Below, in pieces: positions 1 to 12,707 of a stretch of DNA of 64,000 bases. The notes beneath the pieces are model-generated. The model was given only the letters and a program-made list of their open reading frames with translations, was not told the DNA's origin and did not search any database. The first letter of the stretch is position 1. Each line of letters opens with the position of its first letter. Position numbers and translations under genes: made by a program. The stretch covers positions 24,639,604-24,703,603 of the forward strand of contig NC_057719.1 of the NCBI RefSeq assembly GCF_004010195.1. The letters run 5' to 3'. Source of the stretch: Chiloscyllium plagiosum (Eukaryota).

Positions 1-305
1 TCCAACAGGTTTGTCAGGCATGACTTCCCCTTACTAAATCCATGACTTGTTCTGATCCGACCCTGCTCTTCCAAGAATTTAGAAACCTCATCCTTAATGA
101 TGGATTCTAGAATTTTACCAACAATCGAGGTTAGGCTAATTGGCCTATAATTTTCCATCATTTGTCTTGATCCTTTCTTGAACAAGGGGGTTACAACAGC
201 GATCTTCCAATCATCTGGAACTTTCCCTGATTCCAGTGACTTTTGAAAGATCTACTCAATCTAGTCCCACCTGCCAGCACCCAGCCAAAACCCTCCAAAC
301 CCTTC
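1..305 (-). mobile_element. CR1 LINE RT fragment joined to a short piece of CR1 3' UTR
   Basis: The minus strand reads as the CR1 RT N-terminal region (NYRPISLTS and HGF motifs). 257-305 matches the 3' tail of the young CR1 copy near 4175-4225. Confidence 0.75.
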
Positions 306-540
306 TTGTTTTTCAATATCATGACATCCACCTCCAGTTTCTATTTTATCAGGGATAAGCACTGGTGCTTCAAGCAATACTCCCTGTGGGAGGCGAACTT
401 ACATTAAGTTTCTGGGTAGATTGTTTTTCTGTGGTCTGAAAAATAAGAGGTGTGTTTTAGGTGCACAATTCTTCAAAATTACTGAATAACCTCCATTTTA
501 TTTTCCAGTGGCCTGTTTTCCCTTCTTATATCAATCAAAT

Positions 541-1120
541 GGGGCAGTGTAGTGGCTCAGTGGTTAGCACTGCTGCCTCACAGTACCAGGGACCTGGGTT
601 TGATTCGAATCCTCGGGTGACGGGATGTGTGGTTTGCATATTCTCCCCATATAGAATATAGAACATTACAGCGCAGTACAGGCCCTTCAGCCCTCGATGT
701 TGCGTCAACCTGAGAAACCAATCTGAAGCCCATCTAATCTACACTATTCCATTTTCATCCATATGTCTATCTAATGACCACGTAAATACCCTTAAAGTTG
801 GTGAGTCTACTATAGTTGCAGGCAGGCTGTTCCACACCCCTATTACTTTCTGAGTAAAGAAACTAACTCTGACATCTGTCCTATATCCATCACACGATAT
901 AGGTGGGTTTCCTCCATGTGCTTCAGTTTCCTCCCAAAGTCCAAAGATGTGCAGGCAAGGTGGATTGTCCATGCTAAGTTGCCCATAGTGTTCAGGTTAG
1001 ATGGATTACCTATGGTGAATACAAAGGATTGAGTAGGGAGTGGGTCTGGGTGGGAAGCCCTTTGAAGGATTGGTATGGACTTGAAGGGCTGAATGGCCTG
1101 CTTCCAATCTAGAGATTCGA
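541..1120 (+). mobile_element. tRNA-derived HE1/V-SINE-type element interrupted by a CR1 3' tail (650-893, minus)
   Basis: A-box TGGCTCAGTGG (553) and B-box GGTTTGATTC (597). The V-domain GGGTTTCCTCC...CCAAAGATGTGCAGG resumes at ~903. The insert encodes the CR1 C-terminus (FFTQKVIGVWNSLP). Confidence 0.85.
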
Positions 1121-2199
1121 AACTAAATGTTTCTAAACACGTTTGTTGTTAAATAGAAAACCTTTGTCTGTTCTCAGGTTCAGTTTAAATGTGAAAATCT
1201 TCATGCCCTGTATTTCAAGCACAAAACAGGCACCTAGATATCCAATTTTAAATTGAGTGCTCCATAGGCATCCAGGTTGCATATGAGAAGCATGTTAAAT
1301 GCTGAATGCAACAACTAAATAAATGGTCTATACTCATTAGGACGTTTGTGTCACATTATACTGCAATATGGCCCATTCTCACCACATGATAAACTTAGTC
1401 ATCAACTCATTGAGCCATACTTTGCAGGCAGTGGTGCAGCAACATTCTCTCCACTGACCTTGAAAACCTTGTGTACAAAGGTCCAGTGATCTCTGTGATG
1501 TGAATTACTCTGTTCCTGGCAATAACTTGAAATTAGTGCCAAGTCAAAGTATTGCCAGATGTCTGTCAACAATGCTATCATCAAGCAGGGTAAACAATCT
1601 ATCACAAGAATTGTCATAGTAAACCAAGAAGGAAAGTGCCAATTATCAATCCTTTTATTATTTAGCTTTATAAAAAATGGAATAAGCAGACCATTTGAAT
1701 TTTCATGAAAATAAAAATATATTAAACTATAGATCATACATCATAATGGGGGAGCAAATGACATTACATCAATATAAAATTAGTATTTCAGGGCACAAGA
1801 GATTTGTTTTTTTGACAACAATGAGCAGCAAACAAACAAAGTTGTAGGAGAAGTTGGTCAGAGGAGGAGGACACACTCAACATGAGTATTTAGGGAGTAT
1901 TTTACCTGAACTCATTTACAAGATGCCTTTGTTTCACACAGGAGACTGTCACCAAGCTATGACTCAAGCTGCTGTCGCAAAATGTGCCACGAAGTAGGAC
2001 ACAGACAGTGCTGTTTGTAGCTGTTTATTTCACCTTTTCCATATGTCTCAGAGAAATTCTAAAATACAAACATTCAAAGGTAATAAATACTTTAACTGTG
2101 CTGTGATCAATATCCTGGTGAATCAAATAATTAAGGCATTAACTAAAAGAAGGGGAAGAGAATTCTGGAGAGGAGATATGTAGGCTTATAAAGTAAAAG

Positions 2200-4035
2200 G
2201 AATTGGTAGAATTGCAGGGAAGCTATTTCGATTTTCATAGGCAGAGTGGGGCAGGAAGGAACAATATACAAACATGAAAAAGCAGAAAATAGGATCAAAG
2301 TTGGGAAAACAGTGCGTTGTGATTGTAACAAGGTCAGCTAAGTGGACCTCATAGAATATGAGTTCCCTGCATGGGGGCTGTTAACCTGTTCCAATCAGGA
2401 GCCCTGGCTGATAGACAAACAGGGGTGTCAGAGGTTCTGTTCACTGAGAGCTGGCTCTGAGGAAGCAGGACCAGTGTCATGTTTTATGCATGTGTATATA
2501 AAGGGTGACTTGGTGACAGGATACCGGGCTCTGTGGAGGTATTTCAGTGAAGAGGCAAAATTAATGGCTCTTTACTGAAATGCATGTATAATTTAGAACA
2601 AAATACATGAGTAACAGTAAAAATCGTAGGCAATGGGCCTGATCTTACAACCATTACTGAGTTACAGTGTTACAAGGAGATCAAAACTGGGAGGTAAATA
2701 TTCAGGATTATGTAAATTTTTGAAAGGATGGGTAGAAAAAGAGGGTAATGTTTGTTCAAAATAGTTTATTATGTACTATTCTATCTTGCTTTAGAAGATG
2801 AAGAATCCATATGGGTAGAAGTAAGAAATAGCAAAAGGAAGAATAGACTGGTCAGAGTACTCCACTGGCCCCATAACAGTAGCTGTTCTGTAGGACAGAG
2901 AATAAATCAAGAGATAATGACTGCATGTAACAAAATACAGTACACTAATTGTGGTAATAAGACAATAATCCATGGTGTTCGGTTAGAAATCTAACATGGA
3001 TAGAGGACTGGCGAACTAGTAGAAGAATTGGTATAAGATGACCTTTTCAGGATGTATTGTAACTAATGGTGGAAGCTACAGGGAACACTGCTTGGGCCAT
3101 AATTATTTACAATATATATATATATTAATCACCAAGGTGAGGGAAGTGAATGTACTGTCTCTTAGTTTGCATATGGCACAAAAATAGTTGGAAAGCAAGT
3201 GGTAAGCATATGGTGTGCTGAGAAATATAGACAGGTTAAGTGAGTGTGTAAACACTTGTAAGATGTAATATGCGAGGCTGTGTATTTTGGCAGGAAGAAT
3301 GGGGGAGATGGCTATTATTTAGATTTAAAAAAGGATGCAGCCAAGAGGGATTTGGGGTGGGGGGTCTGGTGGATGGGTTTGGGGAGTCCTTGTACATAAG
3401 TCACAATCAGCAGCATCCAAGCTCAGCAGGTAGTAGCAAGGAGAATGGATGTTGACCATTATTTAAAACAGAAGTATTGCTAAAGCTGTACAAGGTACAA
3501 GTTTGAAATTACCTGGAATACTGTGAATAGTTTTGCTCCCCTTTTCTAAAGGGAAAATATACTGATATTAGAGACTATCCAGGGAAGCATCAAGGCTGAA
3601 CACAAGCACGGAGGAATTTTCTTATGGGGGGAGTTTGAAAAGATTGGGCTTGTACTCATTGGAGTAAGGAAGAGCAGTCATCTTATTGAAACATATAAGA
3701 TACATAAGAGACTTGACAGGGTAGATGTAGAAAGTCTGCTTTCCCTTTTGGACAGTCTAGGACCAGATGGCATAATCTCAGAAAAAGGGGTCACACATTT
3801 AAGTCAGAGATAAGGAGGACTTTCTTCCCCCAGAGGATGGTAAATCTGTGACATTCTTTAACACAGAATTGTAGAGACTGGTCAGTAGATTTATTCAAAG
3901 ATGACATAGACGTATTTTTAATCAGTGAGGATTTCAGGAGTTATAGGGAAATGGCAAGATAGTGAAGTTGAGGATTATCAGATCAGCAATGATCTCATTG
4001 AATGGCAGATTTGATGGATTTACTTATGTTTCTGT
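2200..4035 (+). mobile_element. Old, heavily decayed and internally deleted CR1 LINE
   Basis: Degenerate endonuclease peptide (ESIWVEVRNSK), RT remnants, and a CR1 3' end (...gaggattatcagatcagcaatgatctcattgaatggcag). Confidence 0.75.
2324..2546 (+). mobile_element. Short solo LTR (223 bp) inserted in the old CR1
   Basis: Starts TGTAACA and ends TTTCA. Flanked by GTGAT and GTGAA (5-bp TSD, one mismatch). Internal CCAAT box and ATAAA signal. Confidence 0.7.
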
Positions 4036-4093
4036 GTCTTAAGGACATAAGACAGTGTTTCGACACATTGTAAGACATGTACATTGGCATGGA

Positions 4094-5073
4094 AGTCATA
4101 GAGTGATAGAGATGCACAGCATGGAAACAGACCCTTCAGTCCAACCCGTCCATGCCGACCAGATATCCCAACCCAATCTAGTCCCACCTGCCAGCACCCG
4201 GCCCATATCCAACCAAACCCTTCCTATTCATATACCCATCCAAATGCCTCTTAAATGTTGCAATTGTACCGGCCTCCACCACTTCCTCTGGCAGCTCATT
4301 CCATACATGTACCACCCTCTGTGTGAAACAGTTGCCCCTTAGGTCTCTTTTATATCTTTTCCCCTCTGACCCTAAACTTATGCCCTCTAGTTCTGGACTC
4401 CCCGACCACAGGGAAAAGACTTTGCCTATTTACCCTTTGCCTATTATGCCCCTCATAATTTTGTAAACTTCAATAAGGTCACCTCTCAGCCTCCAATGCT
4501 CCAGGGAAAACAGCCCCAGCCTGTTCAGCCTCTCCCTATAGTTCAAATCCTCCAACCCTGGCAACATCTTTATGAAACTTTTCTCAACCCTTTCAAGTTT
4601 CACAACATCTTTCCGATAGGAAGGAGACCAGAATTGCATGCAATATTCCAACAGTGGCCTAACCAATATCCTGTACAGCCGCAACATGACCTCCCAACTC
4701 CTGTACTCAATACTCTGACCAATAAAGGAAAGCATACCAAACGCCTTCTTCACTATCCTATCTACCTGCGACTCCACTTTCAAGGAGCTATGAACCTGCA
4801 CTCCAAAGTCTCTTTGTTCAGCAACACTCCCTAGGACCTTACCTTAAGTGTAAAAGTCCTGCTAAGATTTGCTTTCCCAAAATGCAGCACCTCACATTTA
4901 TGTGAATTAAACTCCATCTGCCACTTCTCAGCCCATTGGCCCAACTGGTCAAGATCCTGTTGTAATCTGAGGTAACCCTCTTCGCTGTCCACTACACCTC
5001 CAATTTTGGTGTCATCTGCAAACTTACTAAGTGTACTCTTATGCTCGCATCCAAATCATTTATGTAAATGACA
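4094..5073 (-). mobile_element. Young 5'-truncated CR1 (HER1-like) LINE
   Basis: ORF 4430-4801 (LYRILVRPLLEYCMQFWSP), a KFADDTK motif and a CTCTATGA-type tail. Highly similar to other copies in the window. Confidence 0.93.
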
Positions 5074-5463
5074 GTCAAACATATTAAAGAATGAAATTAA
5101 ACCCTGGGTGAAAAATGCTTCCTTTCCTATGTTTGTCTTGGAAAATAATGACAAGAAACTTTTATTATTCCTGATGTAGCCCAAGAAAATATAGTGATTC
5201 TACTTTTAAAAAAATAAAATTACAATGACCTTACATAGATACAAGCTGGGCATGGATTGGAGTGTATTTAATTTTAGCTGGACATAAACTAAGAGCCAGT
5301 AGACTGGTCATTATGACCAGTGCACAGCCAGTGTCCCAAGGATAGGAGAATTGGCCAGTCAAACAATGTCATTTGTTTATCATTCTGACCAAATTTAAAT
5401 TTCACGTCTGTCTATATTTCAATGAACCAATCATCATCTGAAGCCAACTTAAACTTTTTGGTA

Positions 5464-6603
5464 CAGAGCTTCTGAAACCGTGGGTCATGACCCCAAGTGG
5501 GCCTGCAGCCAATATTTTGAGGTTGTGAACTCCTAGCTGCAATGGTTGCTATGGAGCTCGAACCAAGTTCAAACAGGCAACAAGGCCCCTTTCAATTATG
5601 CAAGTTTTGTTAATCATGGACGTGGCCTAATTGCTCCATCTGATAGGTCTGAATGCTGTCCTAAAACAAATCTAATGAAAAGGTAGATTTGTTTTAGAAC
5701 CCAGTGGATTCAATAGTTTTCCCTCCTGCTGCTCTCACAACCTTCACTACCACATTTCACATTGACAGGCACCTTCCTCCCACGAGACATTTCCATCCCT
5801 GTAGCTATCCATAGCTATCTTTTTTCCCCACAGGTATGTCCTCTCCCTGAACATATTTCTCCCAAACACACATCTCCTCTTGCATAGAATTTAATAAATC
5901 AGATGTTGAACAGCCAAAACCTCCAAGAGTCAAATGAAGTTATGAAATTATACAAAGTAGTCAGCTTTGCAGTGCACACTATTTTAATTTTGTGCAGAGT
6001 GCAACCAAGAATTCACCAGAATTCACTATGTGCAACAAACAGAGTTATTGAACCCCATTCAGCTCAGAGTGTGCTCTGGGACATCTCTTCCCCCATTGGC
6101 AACTTTGCCCCCACAGATATCTTTGCCCCATCCCCAAGTTATCTACCCCCATCATAAATGTTCCTATGCCCCACAGTTGTCTCTCTTCCCTATTGCCAAT
6201 GACATCCACCTACTCTCCCAGGTGTCCTCTCTTTCTCACAGGCATTACTCCTGCCCTCAACATGCTGAAAATGCTGATCTTGCTAATGTTAATTTCTCTT
6301 GTATGCCCTGTGCAATGTTACCTGTATGCCACTGTTTAAATCTTTTGTTCTGTCCATTCTTGCTTTCAGTGATCTGACTGTACTGCTCATAAACAAAGCT
6401 TTTCACTATACTTCAGTACATATGATAATAAATAATCAATCAATCAAACCAAAAGCATTCTCTTACCTTACATCTGCACACCCCCTGTCTTCTCCTCTGC
6501 ACCCCACTCTAATATACAGTCCACCTGCTGGCACAGGTCTAGGATCTGGCAACTTTCTGAGACCAAAGTAGTGTCAGGATAGGAAAACATTCAGCAACTG
6601 CTG
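5464..6603. mobile_element. Possible decayed hAT-type non-autonomous DNA element with nested LINE pieces
   Basis: Left end CAGAGCTTCTGAAACCGTGGGTCATGACCCC and right end AAAACATTCAGCAACTGCTG resemble hAT MITE termini. No clear TSD. A LINE tail with (AATC)n lies near 6340-6447. Confidence 0.3.
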
Positions 6604-7037
6604 TCTTAATGGATAGAGATGAGTCAGATTCATTCACACATATGATCTAGGCTTGCCTGGGTCTACTTTAGTAAATAAAGGCCCATAGAAATTCAGAATG
6701 AAGATGCATCTTAGAAAGTTACATCATAGAAAGAGATCATTCAGCCCACCGCACCTCTGTTAGCTCTTTGAAAGAGTAGTCCGTAATGCTGTGCTGACTT
6801 GGCTTATTCAGACCAGGGTGGTGAAGAAGTGTTACAACTGATTCCTACTCCCAATCACTCAACAAACTGGACAGAAGATGAGGAGAAGGCTTTGCAAGGT
6901 TGTGTTCACTTCCTTGTCCAACATCCTGCGAGTGATTTCCTGCCTTGAAATGCAATGCTACCAGTCCCTAGTAAAGACTCCCCAAAGTCAACTTTAATTG
7001 CAGCTTTTTTTAAAATGGATTCCCATCTTGTTCGCGA

Positions 7038-7266
7038 AATAAAAACCAAAAGAACTGTGGATGCTGTAAATCAGAAACAAAAAAGTTGCTGGAAAAACTC
7101 AGCAGGTCTGACAGTAATCTGTGAAGAGAAATCACAGTTAATGGTTTGGGTCTGGTAACTAGTCAGTTCAGAGGAAAGGTCACCGGATCCAAAACACTAA
7201 CTTTGATTGCTCTTCACAGATACTGCCAGGCCTGCTGAGCATTTCCAGCAACTTCAGTTTTTGTAT
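7038..7266. mobile_element. Decayed Penelope-type terminal-repeat element with inverted ends
   Basis: GCTGGAAAAACTCAGCAGGTCTG is inverted against CAGGCCTGCTGAGCATTTCCAGC. A degenerate hammerhead-like core lies near 7168-7200. Confidence 0.55.
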
Positions 7267-7767
7267 CGCATCTTGATTGCACCTGGCTAGGCTGGGAACT
7301 GACAAGTTGTACGGGAGATGGTTGAGCAGTCTTGAAGAAAAGAACATTTCAGGCTGTAATGAATGGCAAAATATAGACATTGCGGGATGTGACTTTAGAG
7401 ACAGTTAACTCCCTGCCCTGACTTACAAGAAAGCTTGCCGGATCCAGCACCAGCCCTCATGAGATTCTTGCCCATTCGGAAGCCTTGCCATTGAAGCCCT
7501 ACCCTAGCTGAGGTCAGTCAGTGAGCAGCAGCCTCAAGGGGTTGAAAAGCATCACTGGAAACCTAGAGTATACAGCTATAAGGACATATGATAAGACTTT
7601 ATGCAGCAGGCTTGTAGAATAGAGGGAAGAGGGAGATCAGAGGGAAGTATGGGCCAGTCTCTCCAACCCAACAGATAGGCCACCCCAGTTTCCCTTTTGG
7701 AAAAGTGGCCCCTCTTCCCCACCTGCTCTGAGGGAAAGTAATAAGACAGTGCCATTTATTGGTGATG

Positions 7768-8070
7768 ATTAGATTAGATTCCCTACAGTGTGGAAACAGG
7801 CCCTTTGGCCCAACACGTTCACACTGACCCTCTGAAGAGTAACTCACCCAGACCCATTTCCCTCTGACTAATGCACCTAATACTGTGAGCAATTTAGAAT
7901 GGCAAATTCACCTGACCTGCACATCTTTGGACTGTGGGAGGAAACTGGAGCAAATCCACGCAGACATGGGGAGAATGTGAAAACTCCACACAGTCACCCA
8001 AGGCTGGAATCGAACCTGGGCCCCTGGTGCTGTGAGGCAGCAGTGCTAACTACTGAGCCATCATGCCACC
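7768..8070 (-). mobile_element. HE1-type tRNA SINE
   Basis: Minus-strand A and B boxes, V-domain and (AATCT)n tail. Confidence 0.9.
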
Positions 8071-9346
8071 CGGTGGGTTGCAAAGATTGCCCACGGACCT
8101 TCTCACCTGAAACTTAATTTGCTTCAGCAGTAGGAAAGGGGCCAATATCTCTCCAGGTCCAAACTGCTTAATTATTTGTTCTTCCCACCCTCGCCACCTC
8201 TAGGGAGGGCAAAATCACACACATGATTATTAAATCCAATTGCCTGATCTGTTTTGAGGCTTGAAGTGTTGACTGTTGTTCCAACCCCTTTTAGTAAAGC
8301 TGAACTCCTGTGAAATATAAGTTGCTTTCTCCATTGCCAAGCCAATAATGATGCCAATGGAATGTATGACACAGGGAGTTGTCGTTACCACCCATTCAAA
8401 TGCAGCTGCTCATATTTGGCATTTGTTCCACCCTCAAACAGAAATTACTCTTAATGAGGCATCACAGGCATCCCCTATTAAAGATCAAGCAAGGTTTCAA
8501 AGATCAAATAAATTTTCCACCCGTTAATCAGACAAGAAGATTGCAAAACATCATGCTGTCTAAAGCCGTTAGCTGAATGGGCAGGATTTGTGTATGTTTG
8601 TCAGACTTGTATTATTATAATTTGACAAGCTTTCCATTGAATCATTAAGGGGATGTTTGAATCACAAACATAAATTTGGTTTGGCAGGAGCTATATTCCT
8701 GAATCTGAAGCAAACATTCAAATAAGCCTTTAACAGCTTGGAAAAGGGACCAGTGCACTGATCCGATCATCAAATGCAGCTCAGAATTTCCCACAGGGAA
8801 AATGTCATCCAATTTCAGTTTAATAATCAAGCATATCATAAAAATGAACACATATTCTGAGCATTGGTTTCACTGCAGAAGCTTGGTTTCTCAGACTACC
8901 TTCATGAAAGGATTTTCTCCTGGTGATGCTCTGACCTGTTGATGATATTGTGTTACAGTGGTGGTAAATATGGTCCATCAATTTTCTGTCTTCCACCATC
9001 TGATTGTTATACCTGAGATTCTTCATGGACTAAAATAGTTTTTAAAAAAGGAATAATTCTGACCTGAAATGAATGTGGTGATCACCTGACCAGCGATTGA
9101 GGTAAGTCCCACATGGAATAAGTGAAAACATATGCACTCAAGCTACCATTTGATTGAAAGATGTTTAAACCAGGCAACTGAGTGGGGCATTAAGATACTC
9201 AGGTCTGTATCTCCACTTTCATTAACCCATGTGATAATTTCACGTACTGGGAGATGAAAGGTTTCCCTGCTTGGTATCCAGTATTCAGAAAGACGATGGA
9301 GCCAGAGTCAGGACTGCACACTGAGATATATTTCAGCAGCTGCTTT

Positions 9347-10062
9347 TATTATGAAGATGTGGATGTGCTGTACCTTTCAGACAGCTAAAAGCAATAGAAC
9401 TACCTGACAGAACCAAGTGTTCTGAAAAGAAATATAACCTAGCATTTGGTCGAACAACTTGATTAGCTATTTGCCTGGAAATGACAAAACAGATTGGAAT
9501 TAGGCCAATCAGTTTAAATTATATCCTGAAAAATACCAAACTCCAATCCAGTTTGAATTTAGTATATTGATAATCTTAAAAGCCAATAACACAATCCAAT
9601 GCTTTGGGGGTATAAGACCGGGGTAAATTGAACATCTGAGAGAAGAACTGCCAAGCTACCAGCATGTAAAAATGACTGCCTGAAAAAATAGCTCTCTTAA
9701 AAGTACCTTTATCGATAAGTAACCTGTGAAGCGGAAATCCTGAAGAAGAAGAAAAGAAGACTGGAATTCAGAGAAAATAAAAGCTGCCTGGTTTGAAGGT
9801 AAGAAGTTTTGTTTTGTAAATCGTAATCAGGAGTTTTATCGGACTGGTATTATAAAAGGCAAGGTAACAGATAGGTTAGAGTAAGGAATTGCAAATAGTT
9901 GTTAGTTAATTATTCTCTGTTATACTTTAAGAAATAAAGTTGTTAATTTTTACTTTAACTCGTTCTTGGCCTATCGAATTTTCACAGATTACTGCATGGG
10001 ATAAATCTTTTCTGTGTTACTGGTTTTAAATTAAGCAGGCGAGTTTACCCTGTGTCAAAACA
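9347..10062 (+). mobile_element. LTR (~716 bp) of an LTR retroelement
   Basis: Degenerate inverted ends TATTATG...CAAAACA, CCAAT boxes, TATAAG at ~9611 and AATAAA at ~9933. A tRNA-Pro PBS follows immediately. Confidence 0.7.
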
Positions 10063-10065
10063 GTT

Positions 10066-10097
10066 TGGGAGCCCATCTGGGATTTGAACCAGGGACC
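10066..10097 (+). other. Primer-binding site, extended complement of the tRNA-Pro 3' end
   Basis: TGGGAGCCCATCTGGGATTTGAACCAGGGACC versus the tRNA-Pro complement TGGGGGCTCGTCCGGGATTTGAACCCGGGACC: 27/32 identical, starting 3 nt after the LTR CA. Confidence 0.8.
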
Positions 10098-10943
10098 ACA
10101 GATGAGAGAACAAGCATGGATTGAAAGCCTTTCTCTCTCCCTTTTTCTCTCATTATCTCAGAAGACAGCACCCATTGCAAAAGCAAATTGGAGAACAACC
10201 ATTTACCAAAACTCAAAGATTACTACAAACTTCGCGTTGAGGACACCTGTCAATGATTAATCAGCTGTGGTCTCAGGTTTAAAATCCAACACCTGAAGGA
10301 CACTAAGGAATGTTAAATTGTATAGCTTTCATTCTTTCTATCTGTTCTGAACACTCTTCCTTTTAAATTTATAGCTGTCTTTGTGTATGTGATTGATGTT
10401 GTGTCTTTACTATTTCTTTTCTCAAGATTAATAGGAAATAAAATTCTTCATTCTTTCTCTCAGAAAAACTTTGTGATTGGCTCCATCACATTGATCCAGT
10501 TAACTGCAACTTCCATTGAAATGTGATAAAGCTGTGTGCTATAAGAAATGCAAATATTTTGTTGTAACCTAATGAGAAGGGTTTAAAAAGTGGGAGCCAA
10601 ATAATTTTTCCTCATCTGGCCATAGTAAGTTTTTTTGTTCGAAAGAGTGAGGATATAATTTTAAATTTATCCACAATATACTGGGTGGTATGTTTTCACA
10701 ATGGCGAGTGTTCCCACTGTGGGACTGAAGGTGAGCAAGATTTCTATTTGGAGATGACATGCTATCAACTGGAGACCAGTCAATCAACTACGCACAGATG
10801 AAGGGCTCGGTCACTTGTTCAGCTGCAGTTGGAAGCTGCCCGGAGATGCCAGCTGTATCACTCTGCCTGTCTGTAAAGGGGACTTTGGACTTGAACTTCT
10901 TCAGCCTCAGTGCTGCAAGCCATAATCCGCATCAGGCTTTATG

Positions 10944-12707
10944 CATGTTTCACAAACTTGGTTGAGTTTTTTTTTAGATTAGATTATTTACAGTGTGGAA
11001 ACGGGCCCTTCGGCCCAACAAGTCCACGCTGACCCTCCGAAGAGCAACCCACCCAGACCCATTCCCCTACATTTACCCCTTCACCTAATACTACAGGCAA
11101 TTTATCATGGCCCATTTACCTAACCTGCACATTTTTTTTTGGACTGTGGGAGGAAACCGGAGCACCCGGAGGAAATCCACGCAGACACGAAGAGAATGTG
11201 CAAACTCCACACAGTCTCCCTGTGTCTGCGTGGATTTCCTCCGGGTGCTCCAGTTTCCTCCCACAGTCCAAAAAAAAATGTGCAGGTTAGGTGAATTGGC
11301 CATGCTAAATTGACCGTAGTGTTAGGTGAAGGGGTAAATGTAGGGGAATGGGTCTGGGTGGGTTGCTTTTCGGAGGGTCAGTGTGGACTTGTTGGCCCAT
11401 AGGGCCTGTTTCCACACTGTAAATAATCTAATCTAATCTAAAAAAAACTCAAAAACTTTTTGAAGAAGTAACAAAGAGAATTGATGAGGGCAGAGTGGTA
11501 GATGTGATCTATATGGACTTTCGACATTCAACAAGGTTCAGTAAGGCATTCGACAAGGTTCCCCATGGGAGGCTGATGAGCAAGGTTAGATCTCATGGAA
11601 TACAGGAAGAACTAGCCATTTGGATACAGAACTGGCTCAAAGGTAGAAGACAGAGGGTGGTGGTGGTGCTGGAGGGTTGGTTGTCAGACTGGAGGCCTGT
11701 GAGCAGTGGAGTGCCACAAGGATCGGTACTTGGTTCCACTAATTTTTATCATTTATATAAATTATTTGCACGTGAGCATAAGAGGTATAGTTAGTAAGTT
11801 TGCTGATGACACCAAAATTGGAGGTGCAGTGGACAGCGAAGAAGATTACCTCAGATTTGCAATGGGATCTTGATCAGATGGGCCAATGGACTGGGAAGTG
11901 GCAGATGGAGTTTAATTCAGATAAATGCGAGGTGCTGCATTTTGGGAAAGCAAATCTTAGCAGGACTTTTACACGTAATGGTAAGGTCCTAGGGAGTGTT
12001 GCTGAACAAAGAGATCTTGGAGTGCAGGTTCATAGCTCCTTGAAAGTGGAGTTGCAGGTAGATAGGATAGTGAAGAAGGCGTTTGGTATGCTTTCCTTTA
12101 TTGGTCAGAGTATTGAGTACAGGAGTTGGGAGGTCATGTTGTGGCTGTACAGGACATTGGTTAGGTCACTGCGTGAAATTCTGGTCTCCTTCCTATCGGG
12201 AAGGTGTTGTGAAACTTGAAAGGGTTCATACAAGATTTACAAGGATGTTGCCAGGGTTGGAGGATTTGAGCTATAGAGTGAGTTTGAATAGGCTAGGGAT
12301 GTTTTCCCTGGAGCGTCGGAGGCTGAGGGGTAACTTTATAGAGGTTGATAAAGTCATGAGGGGCATGGATAGGATAAATAGGCAGAGTCTTTTCCCTGGA
12401 GTCGGGGAGTGCAGAACTAGAGGGCATAGGTTTAGATTAAGAGGGGAAAGATATAAAAGAGACCTAAGGGCAACATTTTCATTCAGAGGGTAGTACGTGT
12501 ATGGAATGAGCTGTCAGAGGAAGTGGTGGTGGCTGGTACAATTGCAACATTTAAGAGGCATTTGGATGATTATATGAATAGGAAGGGTTTGGAGGGATAT
12601 GGGCTGGGTGCTGGCAGGTGGGACTAGATTGGGTTGGGATATCTGGTCGGCATGGACGGGTTGGACTGAAGGGTCTGTTTTCATGCTGTACATCTCTATG
12701 ACTCTAT
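10944..12707 (+). mobile_element. Young CR1 LINE (RT half), interrupted near its 5' end by the SINE palindrome
   Basis: [29 protein letters not shown] and KFADDTK motifs, with frameshifts. CTCTATGACTCTAT tail at ~12700. Confidence 0.93.
10962..11452. repeat. Palindromic (head-to-head) HE1-type SINE pair, ~235-bp arms, 19-nt spacer
   Basis: 10962-11195 is the near reverse complement of 11215-11452. The mirror-image ORFs 11091-11303(-) and 11107-11313(+) reflect this. Confidence 0.95.

Noticed and set aside
541..612. tRNA-like sequence with A and B boxes (also at ~8000-8070, 33000-33063, 35980 and 51810-51875)
   Set aside because: These are SINE heads followed by the SINE body and tail, not tRNA genes.
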